37,207 nucleotides of DNA from Acidimicrobiales bacterium (GCA_035303865.1 DATGRC010000027.1:1-37207); one strand, 5' to 3'. Positions 1-10,590 are shown, numbered from the stretch's first letter. Numbers and translations are program-made. The notes: generated by a model not told the origin, from the sequence alone.

Positions 1-155
1 CCGCCGTCGCCCGAGAAGCCGGGGTTGCCGGCCAGACCAGCCAGCCGGTCGATGTCGCCCACCGCCGCGCCCGCGGGACTCACCCCCAGCGCGCCCGTCC
101 CGGCGACCAGCACAGCCACCGCTGCGATCCGCACGATTCGACCCGTCCAGGACAT
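1..155 (-). CDS. Secreted protein, N-terminal fragment (signal peptide plus NHL-repeat-like motif); 3-prime part lies outside the window
   Basis: Not in the ORF track because it runs off the edge. Minus-strand ATG at 155 has GGAGG 6 nt upstream. Hand translation: MSWTGRIVRIAAVAVLVAGTGALGVSPAGAAVGDIDRLAGLAGNPGFSGDGG. This reads as a hydrophobic signal-like N-terminus followed by a GFSGDGG motif typical of NHL repeats. Confidence 0.5.
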   Translation of the reverse strand, partial: MSWTGRIVRIAAVAVLVAGTGALGVSPAGAAVGDIDRLAGLAGNPGFSGDG

Positions 156-196
156 GGCCCACCTCCGCGCTCACCCGGCGGCGCGCACCTACACCC

Positions 197-261
197 GAGC
201 ACGAGATCTGTGCGTGGTTCCGTGCGGCATGCGCACGCAGACCCGCACAGATCTCGTGCTC
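197..261. repeat. Nested-hairpin intergenic repeat, copy A
   Basis: Perfect 18-bp inverted repeat GAGCACGAGATCTGTGCG (197-214) / CGCACAGATCTCGTGCTC (244-261) encloses an inner hairpin CGTGCG-GCATG-CGCACG (221-237). Positions 201-257 align without gaps to 9077-9133 at 46 of 57 identities (hand alignment). It lies between the stop of the 264-890 gene and the start of the 1-155 gene. Confidence 0.65.
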
Positions 262-263
262 GG

Positions 264-890
264 TCAGCAGGTGGCGTCGAGGGCGAGGCCGACGAGGCCG
301 CCCTCCTCGGCGGTGTCGCCGGGCGGGCCGGCCAGCCCGGCGCCGGACACGCCGTCGGCGCGGGGGCGCAGCAGCGGGCTGGTGGCGGCCGGGTCGCGCA
401 GGTCGGTGACCTGGCCGGCGACCTCGGCTCGCTGGGCCTGCAGGATCCGGGCCGGGTCCTGGTAGGTGATCGTGTCGGTGTAGGTGGTCGTCTCGCCGAG
501 CGTGGCGGCGAAGCGCTGCACCTCGACGGTGAACGCGTCGCCGCGGCTGGTGGTGCCGGCGCCGGTCACGACGAGCAGCGCCCGGGCGGCGTCCGGCTCG
601 GCCGGGTCCGGTTCGAGGCGGCACTCGACGACCTCGAAGGGTCGGGCGGTCCCGCCGACCACGACGGTCCCCTGCCCGGAGGGGCCCGGCGCGGGCGGGG
701 CGGGCACGGTGGGCGCGGTGGTGGCCGAGGCCGGCTCGGGCGCGCCGTCGCCGCTCCCGCCGCCTCCCGACGAGCAGGCCGCCAGGCCCAGGAGCGCCAC
801 GACCCCCACCGCCGCCCCGCGCCTCGCCGCGCCGCGGCGCCAGGACCGGCCGACGGGCGCGCCCGGTCGGCGACGGGTGAGGTCAGCCAC
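264..890 (-). CDS. Hypothetical lipoprotein
   Basis: 208-aa ORF with a GTG start. The N-terminus has a positively charged region, then VGVVALLGLAAC (lipobox LAAC) and a Gly/Ser/Pro-rich linker. The start overlaps the stop of the upstream small ORF by 8 nt. Confidence 0.6.
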   Translation of the reverse strand: MADLTRRRPGAPVGRSWRRGAARRGAAVGVVALLGLAACSSGGGGSGDGAPEPASATTAPTVPAPPAPGPSGQGTVVVGGTARPFEVVECRLEPDPAEPDAARALLVVTGAGTTSRGDAFTVEVQRFAATLGETTTYTDTITYQDPARILQAQRAEVAGQVTDLRDPAATSPLLRPRADGVSGAGLAGPPGDTAEEGGLVGLALDATC

Positions 891-1086
891 CGGCGCGGCG
901 CCGCCGGCGCTCGGCTTGGGTCTGCTTCCAGCGGATGGCTCGCGCCTCGTACTGGCGATGGAGGAGCCGGCCGGGCTGCCAGAGGTACCAGCGCAGCCCG
1001 GCGTACGCGAGCGCGTAGGCCACGAGCAGCACCGGGTGGAGGCGCAGGAACGGGTACAGCACGACGACGATGAGCAGCCCGACCAC
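883..1086 (-). CDS. Small two-TM membrane protein, hypothetical; start uncertain
   Basis: This is the C-terminal part of track ORF 883-1563. That ORF's upstream part overlaps guaA out of frame and is rejected. The first usable start downstream of the guaA stop is GTG at 1086, giving VVGLLIVVVLYPFLRLHPVLLVAYALAYAGLRWYLW... with two hydrophobic helices and a basic tail. No clear SD. Confidence 0.3.
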   Translation of the reverse strand: MVGLLIVVVLYPFLRLHPVLLVAYALAYAGLRWYLWQPGRLLHRQYEARAIRWKQTQAERRRRRAGG

Positions 1087-1175
1087 GAGGTTGTACGGGA
1101 ACGGGTGCGCAGCCTGGAGGTCGTCGAGCTTCTCCAGGTTGCTGCGCTCGTCGCGGCTGCCGTCGGCGTTCGGGG

Positions 1176-2753
1176 CTACTCCCACTCGATCGTGCCCGGG
1201 GGCTTCGAGGTGACGTCGAGGACCACCCGGTTCACCTCCGGCACCTCGTTGGTGATGCGGGTGGAGATGGCGGCCAGCACGTCGTAGGGGACGCGGGTCC
1301 AGTCGGCGGTCATCGCGTCCTCGCTCGACACGGGCCGCAGCACGACCGGGTGCCCGTAGGTGCGGCCGTCGCCCTGGACGCCGACGGAGCGCACGTCGGC
1401 CAGCAGCACCACCGGGCACTGCCAGATCTCGCGGTCGAGCCCGGCGGCGGTGAGCTCCTCGCGGGTGATGGCGTCGGCGGCCCGCAGGATGGCGAGGCGC
1501 TCGCGGGTCACCTCGCCGACGATGCGGATGGCGAGGCCCGGGCCCGGGAACGGCTGGCGCCACACGATCGGCTCGGGCAGGCCCAGCTCGAGGCCGACCT
1601 TGCGGACCTCGTCCTTGAACAGGGCGCGCAGCGGCTCGACGAGCTGGAACTGCAGGTCGTCGGGCAGGCCGCCCACGTTGTGGTGGCTCTTGATGTTGGC
1701 GGTGCCGGTCCCGCCGCCGGACTCGACCACGTCGGGGTAGAGCGTGCCCTGCACGAGGAACTCGACGGTCTCGCCGTGGGCGCCGGCTTCGGCGATCACC
1801 TCGCGGGCCGCGGCCTCGAAGACCCGGATGAACTCCCGGCCGATGATCTTGCGCTTCTCCTCCGGGTCGGTCACCCCGGCCAGCGCCCCGAGGAACCGGT
1901 CCTGGGCGTCGACGACCTTGAGGGACACGCCGGTGGCGGCCACGAAGTCCCGCTCCACCTGCTCGGGCTCACCCTGCCGCAGGAGCCCGTGGTCGACGAA
2001 CACGCAGGTGAGCCGGTCCCCCACGGCCCGGTGCACGAGCGCGGCGGCCACGGCGGAGTCGACCCCGCCGGAGAGGGCGCAGAGGACCCGCTTGTCGCCG
2101 ACGGTGGCCTGGATGGCGGCGATCTGGTCTTCGATGACGTTCGAGGTGGTCCAGGTGGGGGCGATACCGGCCAGCTCGTAGAGGAAGTGCTCGAGGACGG
2201 CCTGGCCGTGCTCGGTGTGGAGCACCTCGGGGTGGAACTGCACGCCGGCGTGGCGGCGGCCCGGGTGCTCGAACGCGGCGACGGCGGCCCCGGCGGTGCG
2301 AGCGGTGACGACGAAGCCCTCGGGGGCCTCGGACACGGCGTCGCCGTGGCTCATCCAGACGGTCTGCTCGCGGGGCAGGCCGTGGAAGAGCGTGGAGTCC
2401 GCGCCGGTCACCTGCAGGGTGGTGCGGCCGTACTCGGCCCGGCCCGTGCGCTCCACGGTGCCGCCGAGGGCCTGGGCCATCGCCTGGAACCCGTAGCAGA
2501 TCCCGAACGTGGGGACGCCGGCCTCGAACAGCGCCGGGTCCACCTTGGGTGCGTCGTCGGCGTACACCGACGACGGGCCGCCGGAGAGGATGATGGCGGC
2601 CGGGTTCCGGGCGAGGACCTCCTCCACGGTGGCGGTGTGGGGGACGATCTCGCTGTAGACGCGGGCCTCTCGGACGCGGCGGGCGATCAGCTGCGCGTAC
2701 TGGGCGCCGAAGTCGACGACCAGGACCGGGCGGTCCGCGCCGGGTGCGCTCAT
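1176..2753 (-). CDS. guaA: GMP synthase (glutamine-hydrolysing)
   Basis: 525 aa from [29 protein letters not shown]. GATase motif [11 protein letters not shown]-loop [11 protein letters not shown]-terminal [12 protein letters not shown] at 2753 overlaps the guaB3 stop (ATGA). The 174-aa Arg-rich N-terminal extension in the track ORF is rejected. Confidence 0.95.
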   Translation of the reverse strand: MSAPGADRPVLVVDFGAQYAQLIARRVREARVYSEIVPHTATVEEVLARNPAAIILSGGPSSVYADDAPKVDPALFEAGVPTFGICYGFQAMAQALGGTVERTGRAEYGRTTLQVTGADSTLFHGLPREQTVWMSHGDAVSEAPEGFVVTARTAGAAVAAFEHPGRRHAGVQFHPEVLHTEHGQAVLEHFLYELAGIAPTWTTSNVIEDQIAAIQATVGDKRVLCALSGGVDSAVAAALVHRAVGDRLTCVFVDHGLLRQGEPEQVERDFVAATGVSLKVVDAQDRFLGALAGVTDPEEKRKIIGREFIRVFEAAAREVIAEAGAHGETVEFLVQGTLYPDVVESGGGTGTANIKSHHNVGGLPDDLQFQLVEPLRALFKDEVRKVGLELGLPEPIVWRQPFPGPGLAIRIVGEVTRERLAILRAADAITREELTAAGLDREIWQCPVVLLADVRSVGVQGDGRTYGHPVVLRPVSSEDAMTADWTRVPYDVLAAISTRITNEVPEVNRVVLDVTSKPPGTIEWE

Positions 2754-3856
2754 CGGAGCGTGACCACCTCGGCCTTCTGGAACTCCTTGACCGTCTCGTA
2801 GCCGCAGAGCGCCATGGCTCGGCGGAGGGCACCGAGCAGGTTCCGGCGCCCGTCGGCCTCGTGGGCCGGTCCGACGAGGATCTCCTCGAAGGTGCCGCGG
2901 GGCTCGACGGCCACCCGGTTGCTGCGGGGCAGGGTGGCGTGCACGGCGGTGGTGCCCCAGTGGTAGCCCCGGCCGGGCGCCTCGGTGGCGGCGGCCAGCG
3001 GCGTGCCGATCATCACGGCGTCGGCGCCGCAGGCGATGGCCTTGGCGATGTCGCCGCCGGTGCTCATGCCGCCGTCGGCGATGACGTGCACGTAGATGCC
3101 GGTCTCGTCGAGGTGGCGCATCCGCGCCGAGCGGGCGTCGGCGATGGCGGTGGCCATCGGGGCCCCGATGCCGAGCACGTGACGGGTGGTGCCCGCCGCG
3201 CCGGAGCCGGCCCCCACGAGCACGCCGGCGGCGCCGGTGCGCATCAGGTGCAGGGCGGACTGGTACGAGGTGCACCCGCCGACGATCACGGGGATCTCGT
3301 AGTGGCGGATGAAGTCCTTCAGGTTGAGCGGCTCGGTGGCCCGGGACACGTGCTCGGCCGACACGACCGTGCCCTGGATGACGAGCAGGTCGGGCTCGGC
3401 CTTCAGGATGTGCGGGGCCAGCGCGAGCGTGTGCTGCGGGCTGACGGCGACGGCCACGGTGACGCCGGAGGCCCGCAGGTCCGCGATGCGCTGCTCGACC
3501 AGGCTGGGCTGGACCGGCGCGGCGTACACCTCCTGCATCCGGCTGATCGCCTTCTCCGGGGCCAGCCCGGCGATCTCCTCAAGGATCGGGTCGGCGTCCT
3601 CGTAGCGGGTCCAGAGCCCCTCGAGGTGGAGCACGGCCATCGCCCCGAGCCGGTCGAGCTCGACCGCGGTGGCGGGCGAGACGACGCTGTCGGACGGCGA
3701 GGCCATGATCGGCAGGTCGAAGCGGAAGGCGTCGATCTCCCAGGAGATGTCGACGTCCTCGGGGTCGCGGGTGCGTCGGCTCGGCACGATCGCGATCTCG
3801 TCGAAGCCGTAGGCGCGGCGGCCGGTCTTGCCGATGCCGATCTCCACGTCAGCCAT
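2750..3856 (-). CDS. guaB3: GuaB3-family IMP dehydrogenase-related protein
   Basis: 368 aa, [32 protein letters not shown]... IMPDH-like TIM barrel without CBS domains. The catalytic Cys loop reads GAAGTTRHV instead of GSICTTR. GAAGGG SD 8 nt upstream of the ATG. Confidence 0.9.
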   Translation of the reverse strand: MADVEIGIGKTGRRAYGFDEIAIVPSRRTRDPEDVDISWEIDAFRFDLPIMASPSDSVVSPATAVELDRLGAMAVLHLEGLWTRYEDADPILEEIAGLAPEKAISRMQEVYAAPVQPSLVEQRIADLRASGVTVAVAVSPQHTLALAPHILKAEPDLLVIQGTVVSAEHVSRATEPLNLKDFIRHYEIPVIVGGCTSYQSALHLMRTGAAGVLVGAGSGAAGTTRHVLGIGAPMATAIADARSARMRHLDETGIYVHVIADGGMSTGGDIAKAIACGADAVMIGTPLAAATEAPGRGYHWGTTAVHATLPRSNRVAVEPRGTFEEILVGPAHEADGRRNLLGALRRAMALCGYETVKEFQKAEVVTLR

Positions 3857-4013
3857 GGCGGGAGCCCTTCAGGTGGGGACGGGGAAAGGTCCAAGCGTAC
3901 CCGTGGCCGGACCTCGGCCCGGAACCCGCCCCCGGGCGCCGCCCGCGGCCGCGAGCCCGGTCGACGCGCTGGGTGGGTGGATCGGCACGCTCGGTGTGGG
4001 GGATGCTCGGACG

Positions 4014-4658
4014 ATGCGCCACACCGCCATCGTCCTGCTCGCCGCCGGCTCCGCCGCCCTCGCCGCCTGCGGTGACGACGACGGCAGCTCCCCCGACGGG
4101 AGCGCCCTGGTCGACGCGTTCGACGCGCGGGCGACCGCGCTCTACGAGGCGGAGGACCGCGACCGCGACGAGGAGTTTGCCCGGGGACTGGCCCTCGACG
4201 ACTGCCCGATCCTCAACGACGAGCACGCCGAGGCCGTCCTCGCCGCCGCCGAGATCGACGCCGACGAGCCCGCGGCGCGCGGCGGCTACCTGCAGGGTGT
4301 GCCCGGCGAGAGCGAGATCCTGACCTGCTGGCTCAGCGGCGGCGACGGGCCCGAGGACCGGGTGGCGCTGACGCTCGGCACCACGCTGCGCGACGTCGAC
4401 CAGGTCGAGCAGGCCGTCCGCCGCAGCGGGTTCCCCGACGCCCAGCGAGTGGAGGTCGACGCGCCGGGCCTGCCCGACGACGAGGTCCTCGTGCTCCAGG
4501 TGGAGCGCTCGACGAAGGCCTATTGGGTCGGCGACGGATTCTTGGTCTCCGTGGACCTCCTCTCCGCTGAGGACGAGGCGCCCGCAGCCGACCAGGAGCG
4601 GGCCGCCGCCACCCTCGCCGCCGCCGTCGAGCAGGTGGACGACGCGCTGACGGGCTGA
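4014..4658 (+). CDS. Hypothetical lipoprotein
   Basis: The internal ATG at 4014 of track ORF 3828-4658 gives MRHTAIVLLAAGSAALAACGDDDGSS, a signal peptide plus lipobox. The remainder is an acidic mature domain. Confidence 0.6.
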   Translation: MRHTAIVLLAAGSAALAACGDDDGSSPDGSALVDAFDARATALYEAEDRDRDEEFARGLALDDCPILNDEHAEAVLAAAEIDADEPAARGGYLQGVPGESEILTCWLSGGDGPEDRVALTLGTTLRDVDQVEQAVRRSGFPDAQRVEVDAPGLPDDEVLVLQVERSTKAYWVGDGFLVSVDLLSAEDEAPAADQERAAATLAAAVEQVDDALTG

Positions 4659-4679
4659 CCCGCCCGCCGGCGCCCGCGC

Positions 4680-5645
4680 TCAGCGGGCGGCGAGGAGGTC
4701 CCCGCAGAAGCGGGTGACGTGGTCGACGAGCGCATCCGGGCGCTCCCAGGGCACGAAGTGGCCGCAGCGCTCCAGGCGGTGCGGCCCGTCGTGGTCCGGG
4801 AAGACGACGGCGGCCATCTCGTCGAAGGCCGGGTAGATCACGTGGTCCGACGGGCCGAAGAGCAGGAGCGCCCGCACGTCCGGGTTGCGGGCCAGCAGCG
4901 GGCGCTCGGCGCGGGCGGCGGGATCGAACGCGCTCTCGTAGGTGCGGAACGAGGCCCGCAGCGAGGTGCCGTCACCGAAGGGCTCGGTGTGGAAGTCCAC
5001 CTCGGGCGTGCCCCCGTAGGGCCCGAACGGCGCCGGCGCGTCGCCCATGAAGGCACCCGGGTGGGCCCACAGGCGCGACGTGTAGAACGTCGCCACGTAC
5101 CGGCGGCGCAGCTCGGGGGTGGCCAGCTCGGCGGCGAGGGCGTCGGCGTCGAGGCCCTGGCGGAAGAAGTAGTCGGCGGCTTCGCGGGGCGGTCGGCTGT
5201 CCATCCCCGCCATGCGCTCCTTGTCGTAGGGCAGCGGCGAGTTGAACAGCACGAGCCGCTCGGTGAGCTCGGGGAAGCGCAGGGCGAGGTCCTGCACGAC
5301 GGGGCCGCCGAGGTCGCCGCCGCAGAGCACGACCCGCTCGTGGCCGAGGCCGTCGGTGAGGAGGGCGTGGAGGTCCAGGCTGTGGGAGGCGACGTCGCCG
5401 AAGCCGTCGGGGCCGGGCTCGCTGTCGCCGAAGCCCCGGAGGTCGGGGGCGATCACCTCGAACCCGGCGGCGGCCAGCGGCTCGATCACCTTCCACCAGA
5501 TGCGCTTGGTCTCCGGCCAGCCGTGCACGCAGAGCAGGGGCACGCCGCCGGGGTTCTCCCGCACGTAGGCCTGGCGGAACCCGCGGCCGTCGAAGGTGTG
5601 GACGGCGAAGCGGTCGGGGTCGAGGTGGGCGGGCAGGTCGGCCAC
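4680..5645 (-). CDS. Alpha/beta hydrolase, epoxide-hydrolase / haloalkane-dehalogenase-like
   Basis: 321 aa. HGWPETKRIWW motif, APDLRGFGDS, and a nucleophile elbow GGDLGG (Asp nucleophile type). Confidence 0.8.
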   Translation of the reverse strand: MADLPAHLDPDRFAVHTFDGRGFRQAYVRENPGGVPLLCVHGWPETKRIWWKVIEPLAAAGFEVIAPDLRGFGDSEPGPDGFGDVASHSLDLHALLTDGLGHERVVLCGGDLGGPVVQDLALRFPELTERLVLFNSPLPYDKERMAGMDSRPPREAADYFFRQGLDADALAAELATPELRRRYVATFYTSRLWAHPGAFMGDAPAPFGPYGGTPEVDFHTEPFGDGTSLRASFRTYESAFDPAARAERPLLARNPDVRALLLFGPSDHVIYPAFDEMAAVVFPDHDGPHRLERCGHFVPWERPDALVDHVTRFCGDLLAAR

Positions 5646-5707
5646 GCCCCGAACCTAGGCCCTCGCAGCCGAGGTCCGGGTCGGCGGGCGCCGGCGGCGC
5701 CGGCGCG

Positions 5708-7120
5708 TCAGGCCAGCTCGTCGATCAGCGCCCAGAGCGCGTCGACGTGGCGGGCCTCGGTGGCCTGGGTGCCCACCGCCACCCGGAGCACGAACCGCCC
5801 GTCGAGGCGGGTGTGGGTGAGGAACACCCGCCCGGTGGCGTTCAGGCGGGTGAGCAGCGCCTCGGAAGCCTCGTCGCCGTCGACGTGGTGGAAGCACACG
5901 AGGTCGAGCGGGTGGGGGGCGCTCAGCTCGAGGCGGGGGTGGGCGGCGATGCGGGCGGCCAGGTCCTGGGCCAGGGCCGTCTGGTGGCGGACGTGGCGAC
6001 GCAGGCCCTCGGCGCCGTAGGAGCGGATCACGAACCACAGCTTGAGCGCCCGGAACCGGCGGCCGAGCGGGATCTGCCAGTCGCGGTAGTCGATGACGGC
6101 GCCGCTCTCGGTGGCCGCGTTCCGCAGGTACTCGGGCAGGACCGACAGGGCGGCGACGAGCGGCTGGCGGTCGGCCACCCAGAAGCAGTCGCAGTCGAAG
6201 TTGGTGAGCAGCCGCTTGTGCGGGTTCATGCAGAAGCTGTCGGCCCGGTCGAGGCCGTCGGCGATCCAGCGCAGCTCGGGCAGGAGCAGGTGCGCGCCGG
6301 CGTGGGCGCCGTCGACGTGGAGCCAGGCGCCGTGCTCGGCGGCGACGTCGGCCATCGCCCCCACCGGATCGAGGGCGGTCGACGAGGTGGTGCCGAGGTT
6401 GGCGACCACGAGGGTGGGGACGAGCCCGGCCGCCGCGTCGGCTGCCATCAGCTCGGCGAGGTGCTCGGGTCGGGCGGCGAACGCGTCGTCCACGTCGACG
6501 AGGCGGAGCTGGTCGGGGTGCAGGCCGGCCACCCTCACGGCCTTCTCCACGGAGCTGTGGGCCTGGCCGGAGGTGTACACCCGCAGGCGGTCGAACGGCC
6601 CGTCGCCCGCGGCCCGCCAGCGGGCCGCGACGAGGGCGCACAGGGTGGCGCTCGACGCCGAGTCCTGGATGACGCCGCCGCCCGCTGCGGTGGAGCGGAA
6701 CCGCTCGGGCAGGCCGAGGAGCTCGGCCATCCAGTCGAGGACGTGGGTCTCGAGCTCGGTGACCGCCGGGGAGGTCGACCAGAGCATCCCCTGCACGCCG
6801 AGCGTCGACGAGATCAGGTCGGCGAGCACCGACGGCCCGGACGCCCCGGTCGGGAAGTAGGCGAACCAGCCCGGGTGCTGCCAGTGGCTGAGCGCGGGGG
6901 TGACGACGCGGTCGAGGTCGGCGAGGAGGTCCTCGAACGCCTCCGGGGCTTCCGGCGGCGAGGGCGGGAGCTGGTCCCGCACCCACCCCGGCTCGACCTC
7001 GCTCGTCACGGGTCGGGCCTCGAGCGTCTCGAGGTAGCGAGCCGCCCACTCCACCGCGGCGTGCCCGTAGCGGCGTAGGTCGTCGGGCGTCCAGTGCGCT
7101 GCGCCGTCGGTCGCGTCCAC
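5708..7120 (-). CDS. Group II PLP-dependent decarboxylase (aromatic-L-amino-acid decarboxylase-like)
   Basis: 470 aa. HWQHPGWFAYFP, SGQAHSSVEKA, and the PLP-lysine motif NPHKRLL. GTG start with no obvious SD. Confidence 0.85.
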   Translation of the reverse strand: MDATDGAAHWTPDDLRRYGHAAVEWAARYLETLEARPVTSEVEPGWVRDQLPPSPPEAPEAFEDLLADLDRVVTPALSHWQHPGWFAYFPTGASGPSVLADLISSTLGVQGMLWSTSPAVTELETHVLDWMAELLGLPERFRSTAAGGGVIQDSASSATLCALVAARWRAAGDGPFDRLRVYTSGQAHSSVEKAVRVAGLHPDQLRLVDVDDAFAARPEHLAELMAADAAAGLVPTLVVANLGTTSSTALDPVGAMADVAAEHGAWLHVDGAHAGAHLLLPELRWIADGLDRADSFCMNPHKRLLTNFDCDCFWVADRQPLVAALSVLPEYLRNAATESGAVIDYRDWQIPLGRRFRALKLWFVIRSYGAEGLRRHVRHQTALAQDLAARIAAHPRLELSAPHPLDLVCFHHVDGDEASEALLTRLNATGRVFLTHTRLDGRFVLRVAVGTQATEARHVDALWALIDELA

Positions 7121-7217
7121 GACCCGGGAGGCTACGGCCCGGCGGCCGACCGACCGGCATCCGCTATTGTTCCAGTCGATGCTGTGAAAAGGTCGTCGAC
7201 CAGGAGGAGCCGATCAG

Positions 7218-7526
7218 GTGCGCGCGACCACGGAGCAGACCCCCGAGCCCGTCGACGCCCAGCACGGCCTCGACGGCGTCACCGAGTCCCTCCTCGTCCG
7301 CGCCCACCCGGGCCTCTGCGAGGGGTGGGGCGAGTGCCACCGGTGGGCGCCGGAGGTGTACCCCCTCGACGACGAGGGTCGGATTGACGTCCACGTCCTC
7401 GAGGTGCCGCCGGAGCTGGCCCGCCAGGCGTGGATCGCAGCGCAGGCCTGCCCGGCGCAGGTCATCTCGCTGGTGGGGGTGGTGCGGCGAGGCGGCACAT
7501 CGGGAGGCGACGACCGGGACCACTAG
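7218..7526 (+). CDS. Single-cluster ferredoxin (3Fe-4S type pattern)
   Basis: 102 aa. CEGWGEC...AP...ACP matches the C-x-G-x-G-x-C ... CP pattern. GTG start with AGGAGG 10 nt upstream. Ends 9 nt before guaB. Confidence 0.7.
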   Translation: MRATTEQTPEPVDAQHGLDGVTESLLVRAHPGLCEGWGECHRWAPEVYPLDDEGRIDVHVLEVPPELARQAWIAAQACPAQVISLVGVVRRGGTSGGDDRDH

Positions 7527-9071
<1,545 letters not shown>

Positions 9072-9076
9072 CCCCA

Positions 9077-9133
9077 ACGAGATCTGTGTGCGTTTCGATG
9101 CGGTAGCCGCACGAAAGCCCGCACAGATCTCGT
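9077..9133. repeat. Nested-hairpin intergenic repeat, copy B
   Basis: Outer arms ACGAGATCTGTG (9077-9088) / CACAGATCTCGT (9122-9133). Inner hairpin TTTCG-A-TGCGG-TAG-CCGCA-CGAAA (9093-9116). Same orientation as copy A and 46 of 57 identical to it. Begins 6 nt after the guaB stop. Confidence 0.65.
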
Positions 9134-9152
9134 GTCGGGTAGGCAGGGGGCG

Positions 9153-9680
9153 ATGAGCGAGGGTCGCCACGTCGTGCTGCTCGGGCTGATGGGCGGTGGG
9201 AAGACGTCGGTGGGGCGGCGGGTGGCGGCCCGCCTGGGGCGCCCGCTCCTCGACGGCGACGCCCTGCTCGAGGCCCGCACCGGCCGCACCGCGGCCGAGA
9301 TCGCCGACTCGGAGGGGCTCGACCGGCTCCACGGGCTGGAGGCCGAGATCGCGATGGAGGCGCTGGCCTCGACCGAGCCGGCGGTCGTCAGCCCGGCGGC
9401 GTCGGTGGTCGAGGTCGACGCGGTCCGCGCCGCCCTGGCCGGCCACGCCGTCGTGTGGCTGGCGGCGTCAGCCGCGCACCACGCTCGGGCAGCGGTGGGG
9501 AAGGACCACCGGCCGCTGCTCGACGGCGACCCGCTCGCCCTCTTCGAGCACCAGCTCGCCGTGCGGGGCCCGCTCAGGCCATCGGTGGCCGAGCTCGTCA
9601 TCGACGTGGAGACCGCCACGAAGGACGAGCAGGCCGACGCCGTGGTGGCGCTCCTCCAGCGCCACCACCCCGAGCTCTGA
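9153..9680 (+). CDS. Shikimate kinase-like P-loop kinase (divergent)
   Basis: Walker A GLMGGGKTSVG followed by LLDGDALLEARTGRTAAEI, which resembles the D-x-D ... G-x-x-I-x-E-I pattern of shikimate kinases. I prefer ATG 9153 to the track GTG 9132, because 9132 lies inside the repeat hairpin. The usual GGG lid motif reads SPAASVV. Confidence 0.6.
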   Translation: MSEGRHVVLLGLMGGGKTSVGRRVAARLGRPLLDGDALLEARTGRTAAEIADSEGLDRLHGLEAEIAMEALASTEPAVVSPAASVVEVDAVRAALAGHAVVWLAASAAHHARAAVGKDHRPLLDGDPLALFEHQLAVRGPLRPSVAELVIDVETATKDEQADAVVALLQRHHPEL

Positions 9681-9710
9681 CCGCGACCGCGGGCCGCCGC
9701 CGCGGTCAGA
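9674..9710. terminator. Hairpin shared by convergent genes, with both stop codons inside the stem
   Basis: CTCTGACCGCG (9674-9684) pairs perfectly with CGCGGTCAGAG (9700-9710) across a 15-nt GC-rich loop. The TGA of the kinase-like gene and the TCA (minus-strand TGA) of the Nudix gene sit in opposite arms. No U tract. Confidence 0.4.
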
Positions 9711-10590
9711 GGTGGTCGAGCTGGCCGCGGGCGAGCGTGCCGGTGACGAGCCCGAGGAGCTGGCGCAGCATCGCCGCGGTGGCACCCCAGAGGGTGTCGC
9801 CCTCGAGCTCGAAGAAGAAGATGGGCCGGTCCTCGGCCCACGGGAGCTGCCAGCGCTCCTCCCGGTAGATGGCCGGGTCGAGCAGCTCGGCCACCGGGAC
9901 GTGGAGGACGGCGGACACCTCGGCCGGGTTGGGACGGGTGTCGGGCCGGCCGGGGAGGGCCCCGACGTAGGGGACGATGAACGAGCGGCTGGTGACGGTG
10001 GCCAGGTGGTCGAGCTCGCCGATCTGCTCCACGTCGTCGGGCGGCAGGCCGATCTCCTCCTGCGCCTCCCGCAGCGCCGTCTCCCAGAGCGTCTCGCCGG
10101 GGTCCTGACCGCCGCCGGGGAAGCTGACCTCACCGGAGTGGGAGCGCAGGTTCCAGGTGCGCCGGGTGAGCACGACCCACAGCTCGCCGTCGTCCTCGTA
10201 GAGCGGGGCCAGCACGGCCGACGCCCGGTCGATGCCCGGCAGCGTCTCGCGCTCGGACGGCAGCGCCGGGCCGGCCCGGCCGAGGGCCTCGCGCACGTCG
10301 TCGAGGCGGGGGCGCCGGGCGGCAGCGGGCAGGTCGGCCCACGGGGCGGGCCGCCCCGCCCGGGCGGTCAGCGGTCGGGGGATGATCTGGTCGCCCCCTC
10401 GCCCCGACGGGACCGGGACCGGTGGCGGCGGGAACGGCTCGCCGGGCCGCGGGAAGCCGGGCATGCCGCGCCGGGCGGCCTCCCGGGCCGACAGGATCGG
10501 GGGGTCGTAGCCGTCGATCGGGTCGGCGACGGCTTCCTCGAGGTCGTCCTCGTGGGCGTCGGTGGCGGGCTGGCCCTCAGGCGTCGGCAT
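9706..10590 (-). CDS. Nudix hydrolase (CoA pyrophosphatase-like) with a Pro-rich N-terminal extension
   Basis: 294 aa. Nudix box GGGQDPGETLWETALREAQEEIG. GC3 stays high through the roughly 100-aa Pro/Arg/Asp-rich N-terminus. The ATG lies 14 nt upstream of the stop of the preceding small ORF. Confidence 0.8.
   Translation of the reverse strand: MPTPEGQPATDAHEDDLEEAVADPIDGYDPPILSAREAARRGMPGFPRPGEPFPPPPVPVPSGRGGDQIIPRPLTARAGRPAPWADLPAAARRPRLDDVREALGRAGPALPSERETLPGIDRASAVLAPLYEDDGELWVVLTRRTWNLRSHSGEVSFPGGGQDPGETLWETALREAQEEIGLPPDDVEQIGELDHLATVTSRSFIVPYVGALPGRPDTRPNPAEVSAVLHVPVAELLDPAIYREERWQLPWAEDRPIFFFELEGDTLWGATAAMLRQLLGLVTGTLARGQLDHL

Noticed and set aside
2754-3275. 174-aa N-terminal extension of guaA in the track ORF; similar extensions occur on tsaD, tsaB, acpS, glmM, rpsI and rpsD
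   Set aside because: The extensions are Arg-rich and overlap the upstream conserved gene. The canonical N-termini coincide with ATGA/GTGA-coupled or SD-preceded internal starts.
4646-4690. CCGCCCGC ... GCGGGCGG inverted repeat spanning the convergent stops at 4658 and 4680 as a terminator
   Set aside because: It is an 8-bp stem with a loop of about 15-20 nt (coordinates approximate) and no U tract. That is weak and hard to distinguish from chance in GC-rich DNA.
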